Origin: Victivallis vadensis
Lineage (GTDB): Bacteria; Verrucomicrobiota; Lentisphaeria; Victivallales; GWF2-50-93
DNA: 34,933 nt
Direction: 5' to 3'
Assembly (NCBI GenBank): GCA_020718525.1
Contig: DYRX01000005.1
Coordinates: forward strand, 1 to 34,933
How positions within the stretch are numbered: position 1 is the first letter of the stretch; every line of letters starts with the position of its first letter. This document shows, in pieces, positions 26,483-34,933 of the stretch. The notes under the pieces are model-generated. The model was not told the origin of the DNA. It saw nothing but the letters and a program-made list of their open reading frames with translations, and ran no database searches. Position numbers and translations under genes: made by a program.

Positions 26483-27487
26483 ATGATAGCTCAGATTGCG
26501 AAACGCCTTAAAAATCTTATTGACGGAGACTCATTGCCGGTATATGTGATTTTCAGAAATCCGCCGGTCTTCATCAGCTATTTCGAAGATTTCCAGAAAT
26601 GCAAGGACGATATTATCCACTCGCTTTCCGGAGAAAAAGCCCATTTCATCTTTCAATTCGGATGGCATCGGGAAACACAGGAAAGAGCCGAAGAAGTCGG
26701 AAAGGAGATTGCGGATTTGAAGAGGACAAATCCGGAAATTGAAAGTATTTTCCTCTGTAACTCCGAAAACGAGCAGAGATTGGTCGGGGCCGCTGGAGTC
26801 AGGGCGGAATTCTGCCATCAGAACGCTTTTCTGGATGAAAATATCTACTCCATTTACAATGTCCCCAAAAAGTACGATGCGATTTACGTCGCAAGGATAA
26901 CCCCCTTCAAAAGACATTTTTTGGCTTCCAAGATCAAGTCTTTGCGCCTGATAGGCGACTATTCGATGAAGGAGGAATGGCACTTCAATGAGGTTATGCG
27001 CGCTCTTCCTAACGCAGACTGGAAGCGCAAGGCGTTTTCCAGATTCATGTCGAGAAACATGTGCGAAGCGCATTGCGGACTCTGTCTCTCCGCAGAAGAG
27101 GGTGCAATGTTCGTGAGCGCCGAATATCTCCTTTCCGGACTTCCCGTCGTTTCAACGGCAAACATCGGCGGAAGAGATGTAATGTTCGACAAATCCTACG
27201 CTTTCCCGGCGCAGGATACGCCAGATTCCGTCCTCGAAGGGGTTGAAGTGATGAAAAAGACAGCCCCGCCTGCGCAGGAAATCAGAAAATTGACTTTGGA
27301 GAACTTTGCCCCGCATCGTGAAAAGATGATCTCGATTCTACAGGAAATCTGCGACAAGCGCTCCGTCAAAAGGAATGTCCGCGCGGAATGGAGTAAGTTT
27401 TTCTCGCACAAATTCGGGCTCAGATGCTTCAATGGACCGATTGTCAGATTGACGAGAATACTTAAAAAAAAGAGTTCTAAAAACTAG
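26483..27487 (+). CDS. GT-B fold glycosyltransferase (GT4-like)
   Basis: YDAIYVAR..PFKRH; EX7E motif in EGAMFVSAEYLLSGLPVVST..GGRD. Confidence 0.78.
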   Translation: MIAQIAKRLKNLIDGDSLPVYVIFRNPPVFISYFEDFQKCKDDIIHSLSGEKAHFIFQFGWHRETQERAEEVGKEIADLKRTNPEIESIFLCNSENEQRLVGAAGVRAEFCHQNAFLDENIYSIYNVPKKYDAIYVARITPFKRHFLASKIKSLRLIGDYSMKEEWHFNEVMRALPNADWKRKAFSRFMSRNMCEAHCGLCLSAEEGAMFVSAEYLLSGLPVVSTANIGGRDVMFDKSYAFPAQDTPDSVLEGVEVMKKTAPPAQEIRKLTLENFAPHREKMISILQEICDKRSVKRNVRAEWSKFFSHKFGLRCFNGPIVRLTRILKKKSSKN

Positions 27488-27526
27488 GAGGAGTCCGCCG
27501 GGCTTCCCCCGAGGATCCATAAATTT

Positions 27527-28459
27527 ATGAGACCAGTTTCAGATCAGAGGCGCATCAAGGAATTGCAGGCGAGGATCTCAATCCTCACCAGGGACACCCC
27601 GTGCAAAATACATCTGATGCACATAAAGCTTATTGTGGAGACAATCAAGCTGATACTCAATTCCACAAGACTCGGAGACAAAGGCTACAAAAACGCTCTG
27701 GACATTGAACTCAGCGAACGTGAACTTCATTTCAAGAGGCTTCCTAGTGAATTCGACGGATTCAGACTCCTTCACATATCGGACTTGCACATTGACGGAA
27801 TGCCAGAGCTGAAGGACAAAATGCTGGAAAAGATAATGCCCCTGGAATTCGATCTCTGCCTCCTCGGCGGGGACTACAGATTCCACAACAGCGGCAACAC
27901 CAGAAACGTCTGCGACAGAATGAGAAGTTTTATTTCGGAGCTGATTAAGAAGAACAAACCTGTCGCAGGAATACTGGGCAACCACGACGAATACGAAATC
28001 GCAAAACTTCTCGATCAGGCTGGCGTCGCTATGCTGATCAATGAAAGCATGAAAATATCAAGGAACGGGGCGGACATCTTTGTATGCGGACTGGACGACT
28101 GCCATTACTATTCCTCTCAGAACATTGCCGACTCGCTCGCTGGTATCCCTACGGATTCATTCAAAATCGTTCTCAGCCATTCGCCTGAACTCTACGCCGA
28201 AGCGGAAAAAGCCGGATTCGACCTCTACCTGGCTGGACACACGCATGGCGGCCAGATATGCCCAGTCCCCGGATTTCCAGTTCTGATACAGGCAAAGATT
28301 CCGCGCAGTCTGGCGTCCGGCATCTGGAACTATAAAAATCTGACAGGTCTGACCAACCGCGGAGCGGGAAGCAGTGGCGCGCCCGCAAGGTTCAACTGCC
28401 CGCCTGAAATTGCGCTGATCACCCTCAGAAAGGAGCCGGAAAATGAAGCCAAAGATTGA
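27527..28459 (+). CDS. Calcineurin-like metallophosphoesterase (YkuE/YaeI-like)
   Basis: All five metal motifs present: ISDLH, GGD, LGNHD, LSH, GHTHGGQ; RFNCPPEI. Confidence 0.9.
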   Translation: MRPVSDQRRIKELQARISILTRDTPCKIHLMHIKLIVETIKLILNSTRLGDKGYKNALDIELSERELHFKRLPSEFDGFRLLHISDLHIDGMPELKDKMLEKIMPLEFDLCLLGGDYRFHNSGNTRNVCDRMRSFISELIKKNKPVAGILGNHDEYEIAKLLDQAGVAMLINESMKISRNGADIFVCGLDDCHYYSSQNIADSLAGIPTDSFKIVLSHSPELYAEAEKAGFDLYLAGHTHGGQICPVPGFPVLIQAKIPRSLASGIWNYKNLTGLTNRGAGSSGAPARFNCPPEIALITLRKEPENEAKD

Positions 28460-29609
28460 CATTTTCATGTTCATAGACGCGATGGGCTGGGAGGTGATCA
28501 AAGGCAGAGGCTTTCTTGAGGACATGCTCGCATACCGCCGTCCGGCAGGGATGCAGTTCGGCTATTCCTCGACAGCGATTCCCACCATTTTGACCGGCAC
28601 TCCGCCAATCGTCCACAAGCATCTGAGCTTCTACTACTACGCTCCGGACAAATCTCCCTTCAAGGCTTTTCATCTTTTGGGCCTCGGGCTTCTTCCCGAG
28701 AAGATCGCCGCAAAATGGAGACTCAGACATGTCTTGTCCAAGTGCGTCGCGAAAGCCTATGGATTCACCGGATATTTTGAAATGTATGCGATGAGCTTCA
28801 AGAAAATCCATTATTTCGACTACATTGAAAAGACAGACATCTTTGTTCCGGGGGGGCTTTCTCCGACTCCAAACCTCGCCGACCGCCTCAGCGATGCAAA
28901 TGTTCCGTACCACATTTCAAATTGGAGGCTCTCCGAGCAGGAGAACATTGACGCTCTCCTGAGGGACATTGAAAAAGAGGATATAAGCTTCGCATTCCTA
29001 TACACAGCAGCCATGGACGGACTTCTTCACATGGTTACAAAGAATGGCGCAAAGATACCAGTCAAGCTGGACTGGTATTCCTCGCATATCAGGAAGATCG
29101 CCGACACCGCCGCAAAGCATTACAGGGAAATATCAATTTCAGTCTTCTCCGACCACGGAATGACGAGCAAAAGCGGGGTCGAAGACATCATGGGACTGGT
29201 CGAAAAGCTCGGATTCAGATTTGGGAAAGACTATGCGGCGGTCTATGACTCCACCATGTCGAGATTTTGGTTTCTCAATGACCGCGCCAGGGAGGAGCTC
29301 GGCGACGCCCTCACGAAAATGCCGCGCTCAAGAGTCCTCAGCGAAGCAGAGAAGATTCGATACAGAATAAATTTTGCCGACAATATGTACGGGGAGGCGA
29401 TTCTTCTGATGGATCCCGGCGTTCAGATCGAGCCCTGCGACATGGGTCTGAAGGCTCTGCCCGGAATGCATGGATTCGCCCCCGAGCACGAGGACTCCTA
29501 TGCGGCTTTTCTTTCCACCGGGAAGCCATCGTCAGAACCGAACTGGGTCGGCGACTACTTCAAGATCATGACCGACAGCTTCGCCTCTAGAAAGGAGAAC
29601 CCGCAATGA
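28443..29609 (+). CDS. Alkaline-phosphatase-superfamily (NPP/type I phosphodiesterase-like) protein, no signal peptide
   Basis: FIDAMGW, GYSSTAIPTILTG..P..H, DGLLH, FSDHGM, GMHG. Confidence 0.85.
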   Translation: MKPKIDIFMFIDAMGWEVIKGRGFLEDMLAYRRPAGMQFGYSSTAIPTILTGTPPIVHKHLSFYYYAPDKSPFKAFHLLGLGLLPEKIAAKWRLRHVLSKCVAKAYGFTGYFEMYAMSFKKIHYFDYIEKTDIFVPGGLSPTPNLADRLSDANVPYHISNWRLSEQENIDALLRDIEKEDISFAFLYTAAMDGLLHMVTKNGAKIPVKLDWYSSHIRKIADTAAKHYREISISVFSDHGMTSKSGVEDIMGLVEKLGFRFGKDYAAVYDSTMSRFWFLNDRAREELGDALTKMPRSRVLSEAEKIRYRINFADNMYGEAILLMDPGVQIEPCDMGLKALPGMHGFAPEHEDSYAAFLSTGKPSSEPNWVGDYFKIMTDSFASRKENPQ

Positions 29610-30457
29610 GCAGGCCTCTTGCAAGCATAGTAATGAGATCAATGAACGACATCAAGTTCATCGAAAAGACTTTGGAGGGCCTATTCTCGCAGAGCTTCAA
29701 GGATTTCGAACTGCTCAACATTGACTCCGGCTCCAGCGACGGCACATATGAAATCATAAAAAAATACAACTCCAACAAATGCAGACAGATACGCCCGCAG
29801 GACTATGTCCCCGGAAAGGTTCTCAATTCGATGGTCAAAGAATGCGCAGGCGAGCTGATCGTCTTCAACAATTCTGACTGCATCCCGATGAATTCCGACT
29901 GGCTGAAAAATCTTCTGGAGCCGCTAGTCAGCGAAGCCGATGTCGGAGCTTGCTTTGCAAACCAGTTGCCAAGGCCTGATGCGGATCTGCTTGTCGCAAA
30001 GGACAACCTGAGAGCCTACGGCGACGGTAGAATCTCCGCGACATGGAGGCACTTCTTCTCCCTCGCAAGCAGTGCTGCAAGAAAAAAAGTTCTCGAAGAG
30101 CATCCTTTCGACGAGAAGATCCAATACTCCGAGGATGTAGAATGGTCGCTGAGAATCAAGAATCTCGGATGGAAAATAAGATATGTCCCGAGCGCGGTAG
30201 TGGAGCATTCCCACAACTACAGCAGGAAAGAACTGAAGAAGCGCTTCTACAACGAGGGGCTGGCGGACGGGAGGATATTCGGGGAGCGCCCCAAGTTTTT
30301 GAGGAGCTTTCTACTTCCCCTTCTCGCCGAGTCGGCAAGGGACGCCGCCTATCTTGCAAAAACTGGGAATGTCCTGAGCATTCCTGACGGCATCATCTAC
30401 AGATTCATTCAAAGGCATTCCGCCTACAGAGGCAGAAGGGACTTCTTTCTAAAATGA
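29606..30457 (+). CDS. Glycosyltransferase family 2 (rhamnosyltransferase-like)
   Basis: IDSGSSDGT, FNNSD, QLPRPDA, SEDVEW, VEHSHNY; ATGA overlap with the upstream gene. Confidence 0.87.
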   Translation: MSRPLASIVMRSMNDIKFIEKTLEGLFSQSFKDFELLNIDSGSSDGTYEIIKKYNSNKCRQIRPQDYVPGKVLNSMVKECAGELIVFNNSDCIPMNSDWLKNLLEPLVSEADVGACFANQLPRPDADLLVAKDNLRAYGDGRISATWRHFFSLASSAARKKVLEEHPFDEKIQYSEDVEWSLRIKNLGWKIRYVPSAVVEHSHNYSRKELKKRFYNEGLADGRIFGERPKFLRSFLLPLLAESARDAAYLAKTGNVLSIPDGIIYRFIQRHSAYRGRRDFFLK

Positions 30458-31608
30458 AGATATTGATGGCAAGCAGATACGCGAAAAGAATTGGAGGAAT
30501 AGAAAGCTTCCTCTTCGATTCATCGAGGATTTTGAAGAGGGACGGTCATTCGATATTCGCCCTTTTCGAGGAAGGAGAGCTCGCCCAGACCGAGGCTTCC
30601 ATCTTCGAGAAGCACTTGACTCTCCCACAGGACGGAGCCACTGGAAATGTTCTGGATCAGATCGCGTCTATATCCCCGGACATGGTCATGATCCATAAGA
30701 TTTGCGATATCCGCCTCCTAAGGGAACTGAACCGCCGCTTCAAAACGCTCGCGGTCGTCCACGACCACGACTACTACTGCATAAGAAGGCACAAATACTT
30801 CCCGGTCAACAGAAAAAACTGCACGCGCCCATTTTCTCTACCATTCTGCTCGCTGTGCTCCACACTTCTCGAAAGGAGCGCCTCGGGCGTCAAAATGATA
30901 AATCCATTTGCACGGATGGCAATGCTGTCGGAGATACGCAGATGCGGAAAATATGCAGTGATATCGGAATATATGAGGGAAAATCTGATTTCCAATTCAT
31001 TCGACAGCAATAAGATAGCAAAACTCAAGCCGCCTCTCCGCGCTCTATCCGGCGAGCAGACAGAAAATAAAAGATGCGGCGCTTTCAGAATTCTCTTCGT
31101 TGGACAGCTCATACGCGGAAAGGGCGCAGACCTTCTTCTGCACGCCGCAAAGCTTCTAAAAATTGATTTTGAACTGCGAATTGCAGGCACTGGTAACGAC
31201 GAATCCTTTCTAAAGGAGCTCTGCTCCGAACTCAAACTTTCTTCCCAAGTCTCGTTTATGGGCAGGGCGACTGATATTGCTCCGCTCTACGACTGGGCGA
31301 ACATATCTGTCCTGCCGTCGCGCTGGCAGGAGCCCTTCGGACTGGTAGGAATCGAGTCAATGTCGCGCGGCAGACCTGTCGTCGCTTTCGACATTGGCGG
31401 CGTTCGCGAGTGGCTCAGGGACTCCTGGAACGGACTTCTGGCAAAACCCGGTGACGTCGCAGACCTCGCGGCTAAAATTGAAGAGCTCGCCGGCTCCGAA
31501 GACATGATGAGGACGTTCGGAGCCAACGGGCTTGACACTGTGCGCCTGGACTATTCCGACCAGGCTTTTGTCAGTTCATTTTTGAACTCAATAGAGGATC
31601 TCAAATGA
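30454..31608 (+). CDS. Glycosyltransferase family 4
   Basis: GGIE, HDHDYYC with Cys-rich loop, FVGQL..GKG, PSRWQEPFGLVGIESM, GGVREW. Confidence 0.9.
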   Translation: MKILMASRYAKRIGGIESFLFDSSRILKRDGHSIFALFEEGELAQTEASIFEKHLTLPQDGATGNVLDQIASISPDMVMIHKICDIRLLRELNRRFKTLAVVHDHDYYCIRRHKYFPVNRKNCTRPFSLPFCSLCSTLLERSASGVKMINPFARMAMLSEIRRCGKYAVISEYMRENLISNSFDSNKIAKLKPPLRALSGEQTENKRCGAFRILFVGQLIRGKGADLLLHAAKLLKIDFELRIAGTGNDESFLKELCSELKLSSQVSFMGRATDIAPLYDWANISVLPSRWQEPFGLVGIESMSRGRPVVAFDIGGVREWLRDSWNGLLAKPGDVADLAAKIEELAGSEDMMRTFGANGLDTVRLDYSDQAFVSSFLNSIEDLK

Positions 31609-32741
31609 AAAACATACTCTTTTCAGCAATGCCTATGGACGAGGGAAAATCTGGAATATCCAACTACATCTTCAACGTTCTAGGAGAAATGCTCAAGGAA
31701 AACAATGTGACTGTCGCCGCGCTCGGCAGAGACATGCATCTGCTCGAAAAACGCTTTCCGAAGGCGAAGTTCATTGTTGTAGCGGACAGATTCGCAAGCC
31801 CGCTTCGCAACATGCTCTGGCATCTTTTCATCTTCCCTTTCACAATAAGAAGATCAAGCTACGACTTTATTTTCCTGCCCGCCGCCAACAGGAGAGTCAT
31901 ATGCATAAGTCCTTTGTTTTCAATAGGAACCGTCCACGACTTCTCTCAGTTGCACATAAAGGGCAAATACGATCTTTTCCGCACCTTCTACGTTGAAAAG
32001 CTCATACCATTTTTTCTACACAGGCTCAGTGCGGTAGTCTCCGTGAGCGAAAGCACCAAAAAGGACATAGTCTCGCACTGCGGAATCGCAGACGACAAGG
32101 TGACAGTCCTCTACAACGGATATGACCGCAGTCTCTGCAATCTCAGTTTCCCTTCGGATCCGACTGCGACAAGAAACAAATTTGCGTTTGGCCAGGAGTA
32201 CATCCTCTACATATCCAGAATAGAGCACCCCGGCAAAAACCATCTCAACCTCATCAAGGCGTATGAAAGGCTTCCGGCGTCTATAATCGAAAAGTATGCC
32301 CTTGTTCTGGCAGGAAGCGACTGGACTGGTGCCGAAAAGGTTCACGAGTACGCCAAGGCATCCCCGCTCGCCAATCGTATCGTCTTCACTGGATTCGTCG
32401 CGTCCGAAGATCTGCCCCATCTCTACAGGGGGGCGTCGCTCTACGTTTTTCCGTCATTCTTCGAGGGCTTTGGAATTCCTCTGATCGAAGCGATGGCCTG
32501 CGGCGCCCCATGCGCGTGCTCCAACTGCTCCTCGCTTGCGGAAATCGCCGGATCTGCAGCCATGACTTTCGATCCCGCCAATCCAGATGAAATTTCCGCC
32601 GCAATAGGAAAAATACTTGAAAATCAGGCGCTCTCGGCGGAACTCTCCTCCAAGGGCAAAGAGAGAGTCTCCATCTTTTCATGGGAAAAGCACGTCAAGG
32701 GAATTTTGGACATCTATGATTCAAGAACGAAGAAAAAATGA
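31605..32741 (+). CDS. Glycosyltransferase family 4 (MtfB/WbpY-like, possible mannosyltransferase)
   Basis: SGISNY, TVHD, VSESTK.DI, RIEHPGKN, FPSFFEGFGIPLIEAMACG. Confidence 0.9.
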   Translation: MKNILFSAMPMDEGKSGISNYIFNVLGEMLKENNVTVAALGRDMHLLEKRFPKAKFIVVADRFASPLRNMLWHLFIFPFTIRRSSYDFIFLPAANRRVICISPLFSIGTVHDFSQLHIKGKYDLFRTFYVEKLIPFFLHRLSAVVSVSESTKKDIVSHCGIADDKVTVLYNGYDRSLCNLSFPSDPTATRNKFAFGQEYILYISRIEHPGKNHLNLIKAYERLPASIIEKYALVLAGSDWTGAEKVHEYAKASPLANRIVFTGFVASEDLPHLYRGASLYVFPSFFEGFGIPLIEAMACGAPCACSNCSSLAEIAGSAAMTFDPANPDEISAAIGKILENQALSAELSSKGKERVSIFSWEKHVKGILDIYDSRTKKK

Positions 32742-34077
32742 TCTCGATCGCATAGAATCGAATCTGAGCGATTCAGTTCAGGGGACATTTCGCGCCTCTG
32801 CAAAAAAAATCGTCTCCGTCTCCTGCAGAGGAATGGCGCTAATCCTCCGTAGAATCTTCGAAATCGCCATCTCGCTCCCTTTGATTTTCCTTTTCACCCT
32901 CCCGATTGGGATTGCGAAATTCGCAAAAAGAATTTTCACAGGCAAGCCGGTCTTTGAAAAAAAAGCCGTCTATGGAAAGAACGGAGCGCCACTCGAGATC
33001 GTCTTCTTCAATTCCAGGCGTTATTTTGTCAGAAAGGCTTCATTGTTCGTCTACGTTCTAACGGGAAAAATCGCCCTTGTCGGCATTGGAATAGAAGATT
33101 ATGGAAGCAGACCGGATCTTCCGGAAAACGCCTATCTCCTCAGGGACAAGCCTGGCATTTTCAATCTTTGGTTTGTCAGGGAAAGCGGAAAGATAGGGCA
33201 TGAGGGGAAAATTGGGACTGAGTGGGAGTATGTATTTAGAAGGGACCTCTCAAAGGACATAGTTCTAATTCTCAAGAGCATTCCTGCGGCTCTTATGAGA
33301 AGCGAGGGAAGCGCATACCGTCCGGAAATTAATCTGCTGAACGTCAAATTCAGAAATATGCGGATGCTTGAGGCTCTGGAATTCATGGAGAAATCCATAG
33401 TTTCCGGAGATCGTAAAAAAGTATTTTTCATCAATCCGGACTGTCTCAACAAGAGCGTTTCCGACAGAGAGTACGCAGATAATCTCGCGAAGTCGGACAT
33501 TGTCCTTCCGGATGGTTCAGGAATCAATCTCGCGTGCAAGATAATGGGGACCCATCTCATAGAAAACGTGAACGGAACCGACATGTTCCCGTTCATCTGC
33601 CGCCTTTCCGCGGAAAAAAGCTTCAAAATATTCCTTCTCGGAGCCAAGCCAGGAATTGCCGACGCTGTCAGAAAAAACTGCGAGAGCAACTATCCCGGGG
33701 TGAAATTCTGCGGAGTCAGGGACGGCTATTTCGACAAAGCCAAGGAGTCTGCTAAAGTCATTTCAGAAATAAATGAAGCCGACCCGGATTTTCTTCTTGT
33801 CGCCTTTGGCGCACCATACCAGGAGAAATGGATAACGGAGCATTTTTCCGCCCTCGGGGCAAGAGTCTGCATTGGTGTCGGAGGGCTCTTCGACTTCTAT
33901 TCCGGGAGAATTCCCAGAGCGCCGAAATGGATGCGCGAACTTGGATTGGAATGGATATTCAGACTCCTTCAGGAACCGGCCCGCATGTGGAAAAGATATG
34001 TGATCGGCAACCCGCTTTTTGTGTTCAGAGTTCTTAAATGGAAAGCATTTATGGAGGATTCCAATGGAAATAAATGA
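32716..34077 (+). CDS. Fusion of degenerate PGT (Bac_transf-like) domain and WecB/TagA/CpsF (GT26) glycosyltransferase
   Basis: N-part LRRIFEI, G..GAP, VLTGKIALVG, KPGIF, DIVLILKS; C-part LPDGSGI, NGTD, GAPYQEKW, GVGGLFDF, RAP.WM...GLEW..RL.QEP.R.WKRY. Start at ATG 32716 is tentative. Confidence 0.87.
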   Translation: MIQERRKNDLDRIESNLSDSVQGTFRASAKKIVSVSCRGMALILRRIFEIAISLPLIFLFTLPIGIAKFAKRIFTGKPVFEKKAVYGKNGAPLEIVFFNSRRYFVRKASLFVYVLTGKIALVGIGIEDYGSRPDLPENAYLLRDKPGIFNLWFVRESGKIGHEGKIGTEWEYVFRRDLSKDIVLILKSIPAALMRSEGSAYRPEINLLNVKFRNMRMLEALEFMEKSIVSGDRKKVFFINPDCLNKSVSDREYADNLAKSDIVLPDGSGINLACKIMGTHLIENVNGTDMFPFICRLSAEKSFKIFLLGAKPGIADAVRKNCESNYPGVKFCGVRDGYFDKAKESAKVISEINEADPDFLLVAFGAPYQEKWITEHFSALGARVCIGVGGLFDFYSGRIPRAPKWMRELGLEWIFRLLQEPARMWKRYVIGNPLFVFRVLKWKAFMEDSNGNK

Positions 34078-34786
34078 GAGACGGAACAGAGAGGAGATGA
34101 TTGACAAGTTCATCTCCGCCCGCCGCAAGGACAAACTGCTCCCTTCGGGACTTAAGATGGTGGCGTGGAAGTCAACTGTCGCATTATCATACTTTCTCAA
34201 GCGCGCAATTGACATCCTCGTATCATCCACGGCGCTTTTCATCGCTTCGCCATTCTTCACCCTTCTTGCCATCGCGATCAAAATCGAATCGCCAGGTCCT
34301 CTCATCTTTTCTCAGATCAGAGTCGGGAAAAACGGACGGCACTTTAAATTTTTCAAATTCAGATCCATGGTTCAGAACGCGGAAAAACTAAAGGACCAGC
34401 TCAAGCAGGACAACGAGTCAAAGGACGGCGTGATATTCAAGATGAAGAAAGATCCGAGAATCACGAAGATTGGCGCTTTCATACGAAAATTCAGCATAGA
34501 CGAACTGCCACAGCTTTTCAATGTTCTGATCGGAGACATGAGCCTGGTAGGTCCCCGCCCTCCCCTGCCCCGCGAAGTCGCGGAATACACGCTGGAAGAC
34601 CGCAAGCGCCTTCATGCCAAGCCTGGCATCACATGCACTTGGCAGATATCTGGACGAAGCGACATCCCATTTAAGATTCAGGCCGAGCTGGACAAGGAAT
34701 ACATACACAGCAAGAGCTTCTGGAAGGACATGAAAATTCTTATTCTTACCGTTCCGGCAGTCATCACCGGAAAAGGCGCATATTGA
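34064..34786 (+). CDS. Priming (initiating) monotopic phosphoglycosyltransferase / bacterial sugar transferase
   Basis: KRAID, Q.RVG.NG..F...KFRSM, DPRIT.IG.FIRK.SIDELPQL.NVL.GDMSLVGPRP, KPGIT..WQ..GRS; GGAGG RBS before ATG 34064. Confidence 0.95.
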   Translation: MEINERRNREEMIDKFISARRKDKLLPSGLKMVAWKSTVALSYFLKRAIDILVSSTALFIASPFFTLLAIAIKIESPGPLIFSQIRVGKNGRHFKFFKFRSMVQNAEKLKDQLKQDNESKDGVIFKMKKDPRITKIGAFIRKFSIDELPQLFNVLIGDMSLVGPRPPLPREVAEYTLEDRKRLHAKPGITCTWQISGRSDIPFKIQAELDKEYIHSKSFWKDMKILILTVPAVITGKGAY

Positions 34787-34839
34787 CGGGCAAGATTTGG
34801 GATTGGATTTTTTTGTTTCGCCTGAGGGGCGACATGAAT
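34778..34839 (+). repeat. 62-bp direct repeat, copy 2, overlapping the last codons and stop of the priming transferase
   Basis: GCATATTGACGGGCAAGATTTGGGATTGGATTTTTTTGTTTCGCCTGAGGGGCGACATGAAT; GCA TAT TGA encodes A-Y-stop. Confidence 0.95.
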
Positions 34840-34933
34840 CTCGTCCGAGGAAGGAACGGAAAAATACGGTTGGTTTCGAATCCACAGCACAGGGCATAGA
34901 AAAATCGGGGCTACTACCTGTGGTCTTTTGTAT

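Noticed and set aside
32617-32715. Track start of the WecB fusion (likewise the early starts at 14165, 21589 and 34019)
   Set aside because: Overlaps with upstream genes; downstream ATGs fit the RBS and operon spacing better.
34875-34883. TTCGAATCC matching the tRNA-Cys T-loop (2493-2501), which could be an attR making 2.5-34.9 kb a tRNA-integrated island
   Set aside because: Only 9 nt, no T-stem or acceptor-stem continuation and no integrase; compatible with chance.
3301-34897. Numerous antisense and alternate-frame ORFs of 60-190 aa
   Set aside because: They shadow well-supported + strand genes and show no motifs; the shared peptide QKNPIPNLARQYA in two of them only reflects the DNA repeat.

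Overview
Bacterial chromosomal window, nearly all on the + strand; the lineage is not determinable from sequence alone. 70-2369: ThuA-like protein, Gfo/Idh/MocA oxidoreductase and a convergent DUF985 cupin. 2441-2515: tRNA-Cys(GCA), followed by a small nucleotidyltransferase plus a 61-aa ORF that resembles a toxin-antitoxin islet. 3484-34786: a ~31-kb Wzx/Wzy-type exopolysaccharide locus with ManC, Wzc-like, Wza, Wzy/O-antigen-ligase-like, Wzx, GT4/GT2/GT26 enzymes and a priming phosphoglycosyltransferase (PGT). Unusual content: (i) a complete Ser partner-switch circuit (STAS protein, membrane PAS-PAS-GAF-PP2C-RsbW-kinase, standalone Cache lipoprotein) with no sigma factor in view; (ii) several apparent pseudoenzymes (NDP-sugar-pyrophosphorylase/LbH/PGT fusion, PGT-like domain on WecB/TagA, degenerate BY-kinase); (iii) an orphan Pol-beta-type nucleotidyltransferase and two cytoplasmic phosphoesterases; (iv) a polyprenyl-P-sugar/GT-C decoration module with two flippase-enzyme fusions; (v) a 62-bp direct repeat (58/62 identical) at 6463 and 34778 bracketing the 28.3-kb main operon. 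All family calls come from motif recognition by eye, not from database searches.
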